From positions 4,416,001 through 4,480,000 of the forward strand of contig OZ252299.1 of the NCBI GenBank assembly GCA_965250285.1: DNA of 64,000 nt. Reading direction: 5' to 3'. Source of the DNA: Myxococcota bacterium (GTDB lineage Bacteria > Myxococcota_A > UBA9160 > UBA4427). Positions within the stretch are counted from its first letter, which is position 1, and every line of letters starts with the position of its first letter. The translations under genes were made by a program, and so were the position numbers. Shown piece after piece: positions 1 through 9,404 of this stretch. The notes under the pieces are model-generated. The model made no database searches. It had not been told where the DNA came from and saw only the letters and a list, made by a program, of their open reading frames with translations.

Positions 1-201
1 TCGTACACGCCGGTGGCCCACCAGATCCCGGGGGTGGGGTGGTTCGGCAAGAGCATCAGCCGCGATCAGGACGAGACCGAGGTGGTGATCCTCGTGAGCC
101 CCACGATCGTGCGCGACCCGATCAACGGTGTCGGCTTGTGGGCCTATCCCGACCCGATGGAGCTGATGCCGCCGCCGCTCGATGAACCCGAGGCTTCGTG
201 A
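1..201 (+). CDS. 3' end of Tad pilus secretin (RcpA/CpaC-like), truncated by window edge
   Basis: Frame +1 reads QIPGVGWFGKS..ETEVVILVSPTIVR, the typical secretin C-terminal motif; directly upstream of flp/tad genes. Confidence 0.75.
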   Translation, partial: SYTPVAHQIPGVGWFGKSISRDQDETEVVILVSPTIVRDPINGVGLWAYPDPMELMPPPLDEPEAS

Positions 202-392
202 TGTACTCTCGGGAACCGAACCTCGAGGACAGGCACTGTGTGATCGGGGAGGTCCGCAGCGTCAGAGGATGCGGCAGAAAGCACACAGTCGTGGCCGATT
301 CGTCTCAAGGAGTCGCCACGTCGCGACATGAACAACGAACGCCTCAACCGCCCAGTTCTCTGGGCGCAAGTTCATTGGTGAAGGAGTGAACC

Positions 393-797
393 ATGCGAAT
401 GCGAACCAAGCTTCAGCGGCGACGCCAGGGCGGTGCCGCTCTGGCCGAGTACGGATTGATCGTGGCCGGTGTCACGATGGTCAGCCTGGTGGCGGTGTCG
501 GTCTTCGGCTCGAAGGTCGGCGGCCTGATCGGCACGTCGGCGACGTTGCTGCCCGGCGCGTACACCGATCAGAACGCGCCCGTGCAGGTCGGTCAGCTGA
601 TCGAGACCCGAACGGTCGACTCGAACCAGGACGGCGTGAAGGAGATCGTCGTCGACGCATCTCGGATCGCCGACGACGGCGGCGCGCTGCCGGGCAACGA
701 GCCCACCGTACCGCGGCTCGGTCAGTCGATGGGGTTCGACGCGCACGACACGTCGCACCTCTATCAGCTGGGTGATCAGGACAACATGTTCCACTGA
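393..797 (+). CDS. flp: Flp family type IVb pilin with long C-terminal extension
   Basis: AAGGAG RBS; RRRQGG|AALAEYGLIV Flp motif (G cleavage site, E+5, Y+6) followed by hydrophobic helix. Confidence 0.85.
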   Translation: MRMRTKLQRRRQGGAALAEYGLIVAGVTMVSLVAVSVFGSKVGGLIGTSATLLPGAYTDQNAPVQVGQLIETRTVDSNQDGVKEIVVDASRIADDGGALPGNEPTVPRLGQSMGFDAHDTSHLYQLGDQDNMFH

Positions 798-856
798 GCC
801 GAAGGCCTGGGGGCGCAAGCCCAACTGGCCGTGGACTCGGGAAATGTTGAGGTCGA

Positions 857-1855
857 ATGCAGACTCCCGATTCAAAGTCGAGGCGCCGCGAACGCGGCGG
901 CGTGCTCGTTGAGTTCAGCGTCGCCGTCATGGCGCTCTGGCTCATCGTGGCGGCGACCCTCGACTTCGGCCGCGCCTTCGCCGCATCGCATGTCCTGCAG
1001 AGCGCAGCGCGCACCGCGACGCGCGCGCTCGCTCTGCAGGAAGTGGCGTGGAATGCAGATTTCAAGACGGCGCTGGGCAGCGTCTACGACGAGCGGTACC
1101 TCGTCCAGGACGCCGACTGTCTCGAGAACGTGGCGCGTGGCAACAACCGCAGCCTCGCCGAAGAGCTCGACGCTCAGCTGCAAGAGCAGGGGCTGATCCT
1201 CAACCGGATGCTGCAGCCGCTGATGATCTTCGAGGTCGTCTCGGTCGACGGCCCGGCGCAGCGCCTGATTCGGTATCCGGGCGCGCTGCTTCGAAACGGG
1301 TTGCCGCAACGCAACGAAAACCGGCCCTGCTCGACGCGATTCACGGTTGGGGTGCCGGTCGTCGACGACACCCTGCGTGAAGTCCGATTCCACGCGGTCG
1401 TCGAGGAACTCGATCCGGGGGCGTTCGGGCTGAGCGAGGAAGACCCGCCTGAGGACAACCGCGTCCTGCCGGGCACGGTCACGATGCGACTGCACTACCC
1501 CTTCCAGGCGGTCGGCCTGTCGGCGTGGCGGATCATCGGCGGCACGAACCGGCCGGTCGAACTAGGCGAGACGGATGGCTACGCGATCGAAGACCTGGAC
1601 AAAGTTGGCGCCTCGATGATCGATGCCCTCGATGACGTGGACGCCGACGGATCGTCGCGCGCCTACGCGGTGAACGAGGCGGGCGCCACGATCCCGGTCT
1701 ACGCGGGCCGAATGGGTCTCGGCGTGCAGGGACTGCTGAACAAGCAGGTGCGACCGTTCCGGCGCGTGATCACGGCCCAGGCCATCATGCCGCGCGAAGT
1801 CGTATCGACCCCGATCCCAGAGGCGTCGAGCGGCGGTCAGGAGTCGAGCCCGTGA
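857..1855 (+). CDS. TadE-like pseudopilin
   Basis: RERG|GVLVEF prepilin motif, TM helix, DFGRAF..LQSAAR.ATR.LA TadE pattern. Confidence 0.8.
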   Translation: MQTPDSKSRRRERGGVLVEFSVAVMALWLIVAATLDFGRAFAASHVLQSAARTATRALALQEVAWNADFKTALGSVYDERYLVQDADCLENVARGNNRSLAEELDAQLQEQGLILNRMLQPLMIFEVVSVDGPAQRLIRYPGALLRNGLPQRNENRPCSTRFTVGVPVVDDTLREVRFHAVVEELDPGAFGLSEEDPPEDNRVLPGTVTMRLHYPFQAVGLSAWRIIGGTNRPVELGETDGYAIEDLDKVGASMIDALDDVDADGSSRAYAVNEAGATIPVYAGRMGLGVQGLLNKQVRPFRRVITAQAIMPREVVSTPIPEASSGGQESSP

Positions 1856-2793
1856 GCCGGCGAAACGCAAGAAGAAGGCGTCGGCTGAACGTCTCGACCC
1901 TGCTGCTGCCGACCGTGCTGGTCGTGATGGCGGTGGGCGGTCTGGCCCTGGTGGCGTCGTCGCTCGGCTGGCTCGGCGGTTCGGACGATCGACCGCGCGG
2001 CCGACCGCCCGGCACCATCGCGGTGCCCGTCGTCGCCGTACCGATCTCGACCTATACCCGGGTGCGCCTCGAGCACCTGATCGACCCGCGCACCGGCGAT
2101 CTGCGCGCGGTGTATCTGCCCGAGAGTTCGCTGCTGCCCGAGACGATCATCGACGCGAAAGAGCTGATCGGTCGCGTCGTCGCCACCGACAAGAAGGTGG
2201 GCCAGCTCTTCGGCCAATCCGACTTCTTTCCGCCCGGCACCCGCGAAGGCATCGTCGCCGGCATTCCGCCGGGCAAGCGCGCGCTGCGCATCGACGCGCG
2301 CAAGGTCTCGGGCATCGTCGGCCTCGGCCGAGGCGATCGCTTCGATCTCGTCGCGACGCTCGACTACACGCGCACGGCCGGCAACCGGCTGCAGGTCGAA
2401 GGCGCGCCGTCGGGCGGCCTCGGCAGCCTCGGCTCGCGCATGGGCACGTCGATCGTCGTCGAAGACGGCGCGGTGGTTCAGCCGCTCGAGACGCGCGCTG
2501 TGCCCGGCCAGCAGGCCCAGCTCGTCGAAGAGATGGTGATCGCGGTGGCGCCCGACGAGGTCGAGTCGCTGACCCGGGCCCTGCACTCGGGCGCCCGCAT
2601 CGACTGCGTGCCGCGCTCGGGGCGCCCCGTCGACGTCTCGGCCGGCCCGCCCGCCGAGTCTTCACCGCGCCGCTCGGGCGGGCTCAACGTGGTCGAGACG
2701 ATCACGGGCGGGCAGCGCCGCGTGCTCGCCGTGCCCTCGGGCTCCGACTTCGGCACACCCGAAGTCGCCGACGCCGACCCGCGAGGCCGCTAG
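1852..2793 (+). CDS. cpaB: CpaB/RcpC-like pilus assembly protein (SAF domain)
   Basis: N-terminal TM, SAF-like segment, IPPGKRALRI..V.GIVGL..GDRFDLV RcpC motif; tad context. Confidence 0.8.
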   Translation: MSRRNARRRRRLNVSTLLLPTVLVVMAVGGLALVASSLGWLGGSDDRPRGRPPGTIAVPVVAVPISTYTRVRLEHLIDPRTGDLRAVYLPESSLLPETIIDAKELIGRVVATDKKVGQLFGQSDFFPPGTREGIVAGIPPGKRALRIDARKVSGIVGLGRGDRFDLVATLDYTRTAGNRLQVEGAPSGGLGSLGSRMGTSIVVEDGAVVQPLETRAVPGQQAQLVEEMVIAVAPDEVESLTRALHSGARIDCVPRSGRPVDVSAGPPAESSPRRSGGLNVVETITGGQRRVLAVPSGSDFGTPEVADADPRGR

Positions 2794-2795
2794 CG

Positions 2796-4043
2796 ATGCT
2801 GCCGCTCGTCGCCGTTCTGGCGTTCGCCCTGCTCTCGATGGGCGCCCTCGCCGTCGACCTCGGCGCGGCCGCCGCCCAGCAGAATCGACTGCAGAGCGCG
2901 GCGGAGGCCATGGCGATGGGCGCGCACCATCAGGAGCGCCGCTTACGGCTCGCGTTGTTGCGTGACGAAGACGACGTGAACGAGAACGGGAACGCCACCG
3001 CAGCGAGCATCAACTGCGACGATTTCTCGTTGACCGGATGCAGCGAAGAGATCGACCTCGCCGCAGATGCCTACGGCGAGCGCCTGGCCGACCTGATCCT
3101 CAACAGCGAGACTGTGGCCGCCGACCGAAACCCCACGGTCAACCTCGGCCCGGGTGCGGCGCTCGCGGACGTCGAGTCGATCGGGTCGGGCGCCGCCGAA
3201 GGAAGCGAGCTGGTCGGGGCGCTTCCGGAAGGCGTCGAAGACTGCGCCGATGGGTGTTGGGGCGCTCTCGTCCGACAGGCAATGCCGCTGCTCTTCGGTC
3301 AGGCGTCGATGCTCGGCTTCTCCGAAGGCGAATCGCTGCGCGACCTGCAGGCGGCCCGTGAGGACGGACAGGGGTTCGTGGGCGATGGCACGCCGGTCGC
3401 CGGTTCGCTGCGCACGCGCGGGATCCCGATCCGCGCCATCTCGGCCGTCGACGTCATGCCCGTCGTCGCCATCGGGCGGGCTCACGACGCGTCTGCCGAG
3501 GAAAGCGACCTTTTCCGCCCCATCGGACGAGCGCCCTTCACCCTCGAGTTCGAAGCGTGGGCCGACGGCACGTTCGAGCCCGGCAGCAGCCAGATTCTCA
3601 CCGTCGAGGGCCTATCGCTTCTTCCCGCCACGGCGGACGCCGACAGCGGCCAGGCCGAGGCGCCTGCGGTGGGGCGCATCATCGTGGGCGCAGACCAGGG
3701 GCTGCGGGCCGGCGAAACGATGACGACTCAACCCGGGGTTGTGGCCGAATCGCTGCCGGGCGTCGATCCCGAGTGGATGTACGTCCCGTTGACGATGCCC
3801 ACCGGCCAAGACGACGCACTTCCCATGGTCGTCGGCTTCGGACTGGTGCGGGCCCAGTCGGCCGCGGACGGTGAAACGCTCACCGTCGAGCGAAGCCCCT
3901 CCCACGTGCAGTTTGCGCTCGGCAATGCGAGCGCGTCCGCCCGCTCGCTCTCGAGGTCGAGCGACATCGGCGCCCTCCTCAGCATGCACGCGCAAGATGA
4001 CCGCATCCGATCGCAGGTGCTGCAGGCGGCGGTCCCGCGATGA
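2796..4043 (+). CDS. TadG-like protein
   Basis: LLSMGALAVDLG....QNRLQSAAEAMA Tad N-terminal domain motif. Confidence 0.75.
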   Translation: MLPLVAVLAFALLSMGALAVDLGAAAAQQNRLQSAAEAMAMGAHHQERRLRLALLRDEDDVNENGNATAASINCDDFSLTGCSEEIDLAADAYGERLADLILNSETVAADRNPTVNLGPGAALADVESIGSGAAEGSELVGALPEGVEDCADGCWGALVRQAMPLLFGQASMLGFSEGESLRDLQAAREDGQGFVGDGTPVAGSLRTRGIPIRAISAVDVMPVVAIGRAHDASAEESDLFRPIGRAPFTLEFEAWADGTFEPGSSQILTVEGLSLLPATADADSGQAEAPAVGRIIVGADQGLRAGETMTTQPGVVAESLPGVDPEWMYVPLTMPTGQDDALPMVVGFGLVRAQSAADGETLTVERSPSHVQFALGNASASARSLSRSSDIGALLSMHAQDDRIRSQVLQAAVPR

Positions 4044-5296
4044 CGACCGCGAACGACGCAGACGCGGCGCGCACGCTCCACGTGCTTGTCGTCGGGCCCG
4101 AGACCGAGCTCGGGGACGAGCTGCGCGAGGCGCTGCGGGCGACCACCGATACTCGGGTGTCGTTGCGCCAGAGCTTCGACTACGCCGAGGCGGGCGACGC
4201 CGTGCGTTCGCGCCAACCCGATCTCGTCTGCGTCGAACTCGGCGCCGATGCCGACGCGCTGCGCGGCTTCGTGGCGTCGGTGCGCGCGATGGCCCCCGAC
4301 CTGCCCTTCGTCGGCGTACAGGCGCGCAGCAGCGACGGCGACGCCGCGGGCCGCGACGTGCTGGTGGAGGCGCTGCGCACCGGGTTCGTGGATGTCATCG
4401 AGCGGCCCGTCTCGAGCGCCGATCTACGCCGTGTCTGGCCAAAGGTCGTGGCCGCCTCGCGCGATCTGCACGCCCAGGGCCACGTCGTCGCCTTCCACAG
4501 CACCAAGGGCGGCGTCGGCAAGTCGACGCTCTCGGTCAACGTCGCGGCCGGGCTCGCGCGCAACCGCCCCGACCGCGTGCTGCTGATCGACGCCTCGCTG
4601 CAGCTCGGCGTCTGTGCCGCGGCGCTCGACCTGTCGCCGCGCACGACGCTGGCCGATGCCGCGCGCGAGCGCGACCGTCTCGACGAGACGCTGCTGCGCG
4701 AGTTCAGCGCGCGGCACGAGTGCGGGCTGCGCGTGCTCGCATCGCCCTACAACCCGATCGATGCCGCCGACGTCGACGACGAGTCGCTCGCGCGCATCAT
4801 CGCGATCGGTCGGCGCGCGTTCGACTTCGTCATCGTCGACACGCTGCCGACCGTCGACGGCACGATGCTCACGATCCTCGACCTCGCCGACCGCATCTTC
4901 CTCGTCAATCAGGGCACCGTGCCCGACGTGATCGGCGCGGCGCGCCTGCTCGAGACACTCGACGAGCTCGGCATCGGCGAGGATCGCCGGTCGGTCGTGC
5001 TCAACCACAACCTGCCGCGCTTCACCGGCGCGCTGACCGCCGACGAGGTCGGCGACCGGCTCGGGCAGGACGTCGACTACGAGATCCCCCACGATAAGAA
5101 GGTGCTCACGGCGCTGAACCTCGGTGAGCCGCGGGTGCTGAAGGCCAACCGACGCTTCGGCTGGGGCCGCGCGATGCGCGAGCTGATCGAAGACGTCGAC
5201 GAGCTCAGCGACACCGAGCCGACCGCGGGCGCCGGGGGCAGCGAAGACGTCCGCGAGCTCGAGCCCGAGTGGAAGATCGCCGAGGTGAAGGCGTGA
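4040..5296 (+). CDS. cpaE: CpaE/TadZ-like receiver + MinD/ParA ATPase
   Basis: N-terminal receiver-like domain, KGGVGKST deviant Walker A, FDFVIVDT; upstream of tadA. Confidence 0.85.
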   Translation: MTTANDADAARTLHVLVVGPETELGDELREALRATTDTRVSLRQSFDYAEAGDAVRSRQPDLVCVELGADADALRGFVASVRAMAPDLPFVGVQARSSDGDAAGRDVLVEALRTGFVDVIERPVSSADLRRVWPKVVAASRDLHAQGHVVAFHSTKGGVGKSTLSVNVAAGLARNRPDRVLLIDASLQLGVCAAALDLSPRTTLADAARERDRLDETLLREFSARHECGLRVLASPYNPIDAADVDDESLARIIAIGRRAFDFVIVDTLPTVDGTMLTILDLADRIFLVNQGTVPDVIGAARLLETLDELGIGEDRRSVVLNHNLPRFTGALTADEVGDRLGQDVDYEIPHDKKVLTALNLGEPRVLKANRRFGWGRAMRELIEDVDELSDTEPTAGAGGSEDVRELEPEWKIAEVKA

Positions 5297-6693
5297 GCGT
5301 GGCCAGCAAGCACGAAGATCTGCGTCGGCGGCTGCGCGGCACCCGAACCGACGAGATCCGCGGCTGGAAGCGCGCGCAGGCCACCACGCCGAACGAGGCC
5401 GAGCCGGCCCCCCAGAGCAACGCGCGATCGATCGATCTCAAGGGCGAGCTGCAGGCGCGCCTGCTCGACGAGATCTCGAGGCGCGGCCTGCTCGGTGCCG
5501 ACGACAGCGAGATCGTCGAGGCGGTCAAGGATTTCGTCGAGCCGATCCTCGAAGAAGAAGATCTGCCGCTCAACGCGGCCGAGCGCGGCCGCCTCGTCGA
5601 CGAGCTGATCGAAGAGACGCTCGGGGTGGGGCCTCTGGCGCCGCTCATGGCCGACCCGGCCGTGACCGACGTGCTGGTCAACGGGCCCCACGACGTCTAC
5701 ATCGAGCGCTTCGGGCGCATCGAAGAGACCTCGGTCGGGTTTCGGGACGAGGCGCATCTCCTGCGCGTGATCGAACGCATCGCGGCCCGCGTCGGTCGCC
5801 GCATCGACGCGGCGTCACCCATGGCCGACCTGCGCCTGCCCGACGGCAGCCGCGTCAACGCGACGATCCCGCCAGCCACGCCCGACGGGCCGACGCTCTC
5901 GATTCGCCGCTTCGGGCGCCGCCGCCTGCGCGCGCGCGAGCTGCAGAAGCTCGGGTCGTTCTCGGAGACGATCGGGGCGTTCCTGTCGACGGCGGTGCGC
6001 TACCGGTCGAACGTCTTGATTTCGGGCGGCACGGGCGCGGGCAAGTCGACGCTGCTCGGTGCACTCGCCGAGTCGATCCCCGCCAGCGAACGCGTCGTGA
6101 CGATCGAGGACACCCTCGAGCTGATCCTCGACCAGAAGAATCTCGTGCGCCTCGAGGCCCGACCCGCGAACATCGAGGGGCGCGGTCTGATCACGGCGCG
6201 AGACCTGGTCGTGAACAGTCTGCGCATGCGCCCCGATCGCGTCATCGTGGGCGAAGTGCGCGGGGGTGAAGCGCTCGACATGCTCCAGGCCATGAACACG
6301 GGCCACGACGGCAGCCTCAGCACGGTGCACGCCAACTCGCCCCGCGATGCGCTCTCGCGCGTCGAGACGATGGTGCTGATGGCGGGCGTCGATCTGCCGT
6401 CGCGCGCGATCCGCGAGCAGATCGTGTCGGCGCTCGATCTGGTGGTGCACGTCGAGCGCTACGAAGACGGCGTGCGGCGCATCTCGAGCGTCGCCGAGCT
6501 GACGGGGCTCGAGGGCGAGACGGTGCTGATGCAGGAGATCTTCCGCTTCGAGCGCCGCGGACTCGAGCCCGGCCGCGTCGTCGGTGAGTACGTCGCGACC
6601 GGCATCGCCCCGCGCTGCGTGCAGGACTTCCGGGCGCGGGGGGCCGACATTCCCACCGCCTGGTTCCAGCCCACCGGGACGCGGCCTCGATGA
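5293..6693 (+). CDS. cpaF: TadA/CpaF secretion ATPase
   Basis: GGTGAGKST Walker A, LRMRPDRVIVGEVRG, AMNTGHDGS; GTG start overlapping cpaE stop. Confidence 0.95.
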   Translation: MSVASKHEDLRRRLRGTRTDEIRGWKRAQATTPNEAEPAPQSNARSIDLKGELQARLLDEISRRGLLGADDSEIVEAVKDFVEPILEEEDLPLNAAERGRLVDELIEETLGVGPLAPLMADPAVTDVLVNGPHDVYIERFGRIEETSVGFRDEAHLLRVIERIAARVGRRIDAASPMADLRLPDGSRVNATIPPATPDGPTLSIRRFGRRRLRARELQKLGSFSETIGAFLSTAVRYRSNVLISGGTGAGKSTLLGALAESIPASERVVTIEDTLELILDQKNLVRLEARPANIEGRGLITARDLVVNSLRMRPDRVIVGEVRGGEALDMLQAMNTGHDGSLSTVHANSPRDALSRVETMVLMAGVDLPSRAIREQIVSALDLVVHVERYEDGVRRISSVAELTGLEGETVLMQEIFRFERRGLEPGRVVGEYVATGIAPRCVQDFRARGADIPTAWFQPTGTRPR

Positions 6694-7412
6694 AACGCCG
6701 CCAGCTCTTTCACTCGATCGCGGCGCTGGGCGTCGCGTTCGTCGCTGTGTTCGCCTCTGCGTGCGCCACCGACGATCCGCTCGGCCCCGGCTTGAAGGAC
6801 CCGACGGTTCGCCTCGACGACCTCTTGAACGAGTGGTGGGCGCCGCGCGAAGAGGGCGGCACCTGTGCGTCGGGCGGAGGCAAGTACCCGTACGTCGACT
6901 GTGGCCGCGTGCAGGCCGAGATCGAGCGACTGGTGCTCGAGTTTCCGAACCACCCCGACGTGTTGCTCGCGAACGCGGTGATCGCCTTCGAGACACGTCA
7001 GCCCGAGAAGGCGCTCGACTATCTCGACTCACTCATGGAGCTCGAACACATCGAGCCGGGCGTCACGGTGCTGCGGAGCCGCATCGCGATCGACCAGGGC
7101 AACCTGCCGTACGCACGGCGCCTGCTCGAGGCTCAGGCGCACATGGCGCCCGATGCACCGGACATCCGAGAGGCGCTCGCGGCGGTGCACTATCTCTCAG
7201 GCGAATATGATGCGTCGCATCGCGAGCTGATCATCGCCGAGCGGCTCGGCGCACCGGCCTGGCGCATCGCCTTCAACCGCGGCCTGATCGAAGAGGCTCA
7301 GGAGAACTTCGGCGCGGCGATGGAGCAGTACCGCCTGGCTCTCGACGAGAACCCCGAGTACGAGCCCGCGCGCTCGAGACTGCGAGGCCTCGAGAGCACG
7401 CGTGGTCTTTGA
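6690..7412 (+). CDS. TPR lipoprotein (TadD-like)
   Basis: Lipobox ASAC, TPR-like helices (FNRGLIEEAQENFGAAMEQYRLAL..NP); coupled to cpaF. Confidence 0.7.
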   Translation: MKRRQLFHSIAALGVAFVAVFASACATDDPLGPGLKDPTVRLDDLLNEWWAPREEGGTCASGGGKYPYVDCGRVQAEIERLVLEFPNHPDVLLANAVIAFETRQPEKALDYLDSLMELEHIEPGVTVLRSRIAIDQGNLPYARRLLEAQAHMAPDAPDIREALAAVHYLSGEYDASHRELIIAERLGAPAWRIAFNRGLIEEAQENFGAAMEQYRLALDENPEYEPARSRLRGLESTRGL

Positions 7413-7444
7413 GCCGCCGCGGCGCGGCTGCGCCGCAGCCTGAC

Positions 7445-7792
7445 TCAGGCGCCGGCGCTCACCGCACCGTGATGATCACAGTGGCCGCCGTGAGGATGGT
7501 GCAGGTGGCCGTCGACGAGGTAGTCGATGTGATCGCCGTGCGGGACGGCCTCGTGGCCGCAGCCGGGGCCATGCGTGTGCGCCCCGTCGTGACCTGCGCA
7601 GGTGTGATCGGGCGTGCAGTCGGCCGGATTGTCGGCGCTCACCGAGAGCGAGTGCTCGTCGACATGACCGTCGTGCGGATGATGCAGGTGGCCGTCATGC
7701 AGATAGTCGACGTGGCCATCGTGCTGCACCGTCGTGTGGCCGCAGTCGGGGCCGTGGGTGTGCGGATGGTTGGCGTGCTGCTGGCATCGCAT
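7445..7792 (-). CDS. His/Cys-rich small metal-binding protein with internal duplication
   Basis: AGGAG RBS before ATG 7792; 115 aa with 28 His and 6 Cys; two HTHGPxCGH..HxDYLxDGHLHHPH repeats. Confidence 0.8.
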   Translation of the reverse strand: MRCQQHANHPHTHGPDCGHTTVQHDGHVDYLHDGHLHHPHDGHVDEHSLSVSADNPADCTPDHTCAGHDGAHTHGPGCGHEAVPHGDHIDYLVDGHLHHPHGGHCDHHGAVSAGA

Positions 7793-8062
7793 GAGCGGGT
7801 CTCCTCGATCGAATTCCGGGGACGCAGTGACCAGTGTAGCGTCGTCTCCGGCATCGACGCGCCCCGATCCACCGCGTACGACTCGTTCTCGACCGAACGC
7901 GACCGTGTGTTGAGTGGGGCCCGACACGCTCAGGCGAGCCTCGGCCGCCCGTGGCGTTGAAACGCACACACCCTAGTATCTGAATACGCGTTCGGTCCCA
8001 TCGACCGCCGCGCGACCGAGTGCCGGGACGCCGGTCGCCCTGCCCCTTCGAGGAGAGGTCGC

Positions 8063-9187
8063 ATGTCACGCGTCGAAGAGACGATCCCCGCGGCGTTGCA
8101 GCCCGCGGTCGATGCATCACTGGCCTGGTTCAACGCGCAAGAGAGTGAGCGCTTCGAGGTGACCGGCATCGTCGACGCCGCCGATGCGGGCGAAGTCTCG
8201 GGCGAGCAGCGGCTGCGTTTGATCCTCTGCGGAGGCGATCGCTGTGAGCAGCGCTCGTTTCGCGCGGTGCCCGAAGGCGACGCCTTCGCAATCTCGTTCC
8301 TCGACGAGCCGGCGCCGGGTGCAGACGCGCCCGAACCGCGGCTCGACCCGCCGCCCGGTGCCCGCCGCGGTTGGCTCGATGGCGTGCTCGGCCGACACGC
8401 ATTCACCGTGCTCGTCTTCTACCGGGGCTTCTGGTGACCGCCCTGTCGCTCCGAGTTGCGGGGCTACGTGAAGGCAGGGGTCGCCGATCGGGTTCGAGCG
8501 GCCGGCGGCGAGATCTACGCGATCTCGAGTGAGCCACAGTCGCTCTCTGGCCGCGCCGCCACCGAGTGGGGGCTCGACTTCGAGTGCGTCGGCGATCCGC
8601 ACCACGAGATCGCCGACGCGTGCCGCGAGCGCGGCCTCGTCGATCTGTTCGTGAACCAGGAGACCGAGTTTCTCGAACGCAGCGTCGCCGCCGGCGGGGC
8701 CGACTTTGCGCCCACGCATCCGAAGGGCTTCTTCCAGCCGGGCGTGCTCGTGCTGCGAAGCGATGGACGGGTGCTGTATCGGTGGCGCGGTGTTCCGACG
8801 CACAACAACATGGGCGGGGCCACCGAGCGCCCGACGGCCGAGTATGTCTGGTCGAACGTCGAAGCGGCCCTGGCGCAGGGCGAGGCGGTTGCCGACGCCG
8901 ATCTCGACACCGAGCCGCAGCTCGATTCGCGCGGCCTTCCGTGGATCGTGTTCTCGAGCCTGTTGATCGCCAACGGCTGGTTCCTCCGCGGGCGGGGCTT
9001 TCGCGGCCCTCAGCAGATCATGCAGGCCGGCCTTCGGCTCGTTGGCTTCGTCGCAGCGTGGCTCGCTGCCTTCATCTGGCTCCCGACCCTGCCGGTCGCG
9101 GTCGCACTGGCGGGCTGGGTCGTCTACATCACGCCGAAGGTGCGCTGGCTCGGGCGCCAGTTTCAGGACGTGCGCGGATCGCTCTGA
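8063..9187 (+). CDS. Probable selenoprotein: AhpC/TSA-like (thioredoxin-fold) redoxin with UxxC, extra N-terminal domain and C-terminal TM helices
   Basis: ORFs 8063-8437 and 8456-9187 share a frame; reading through TGA 8435-8437 gives VFYRGFW-U-PPCRSEL, matching the FYRGxWCPxC redoxin motif. Confidence 0.85.
8441..8479 (+). other. Candidate bacterial SECIS stem-loop
   Basis: CCCTGTC(8441-47)/GGCAGGG(8473-79) outer stem and GCTCCG/CGGGGC inner stem with AGTTG loop, just 3' of the UGA. Confidence 0.6.
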
Positions 9188-9404
9188 CGGCGCCGATGCG
9201 GCGCGGCCCGAAACCCGGACAGAACGTCGCCCGGCTCTCAATGGCCACCCGCGTTCCCGCACACTTCGCGGCGATCCCGTCCAGATTCTGATTCGCGACC
9301 TCTCGGGCGATCCCGGTGTCCAAGAGACACCCCCGCGCCTGGAGAACACCGTGCCGGATCGACCGTGCCATCCTCTGCGCCGCCGCAGCTCGAGCCGTGG
9401 CTCG

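Noticed and set aside
7409..7960. 183-aa Val/Met-rich ORF on the + strand
   Set aside because: Antisense shadow of the His-rich gene, which has the RBS and the coherent repeat motif
8063..8437. Stand-alone 124-aa gene or nonsense pseudogene
   Set aside because: The TGA falls at the catalytic Cys position with in-frame continuation and a 3' hairpin, so Sec read-through explains it better
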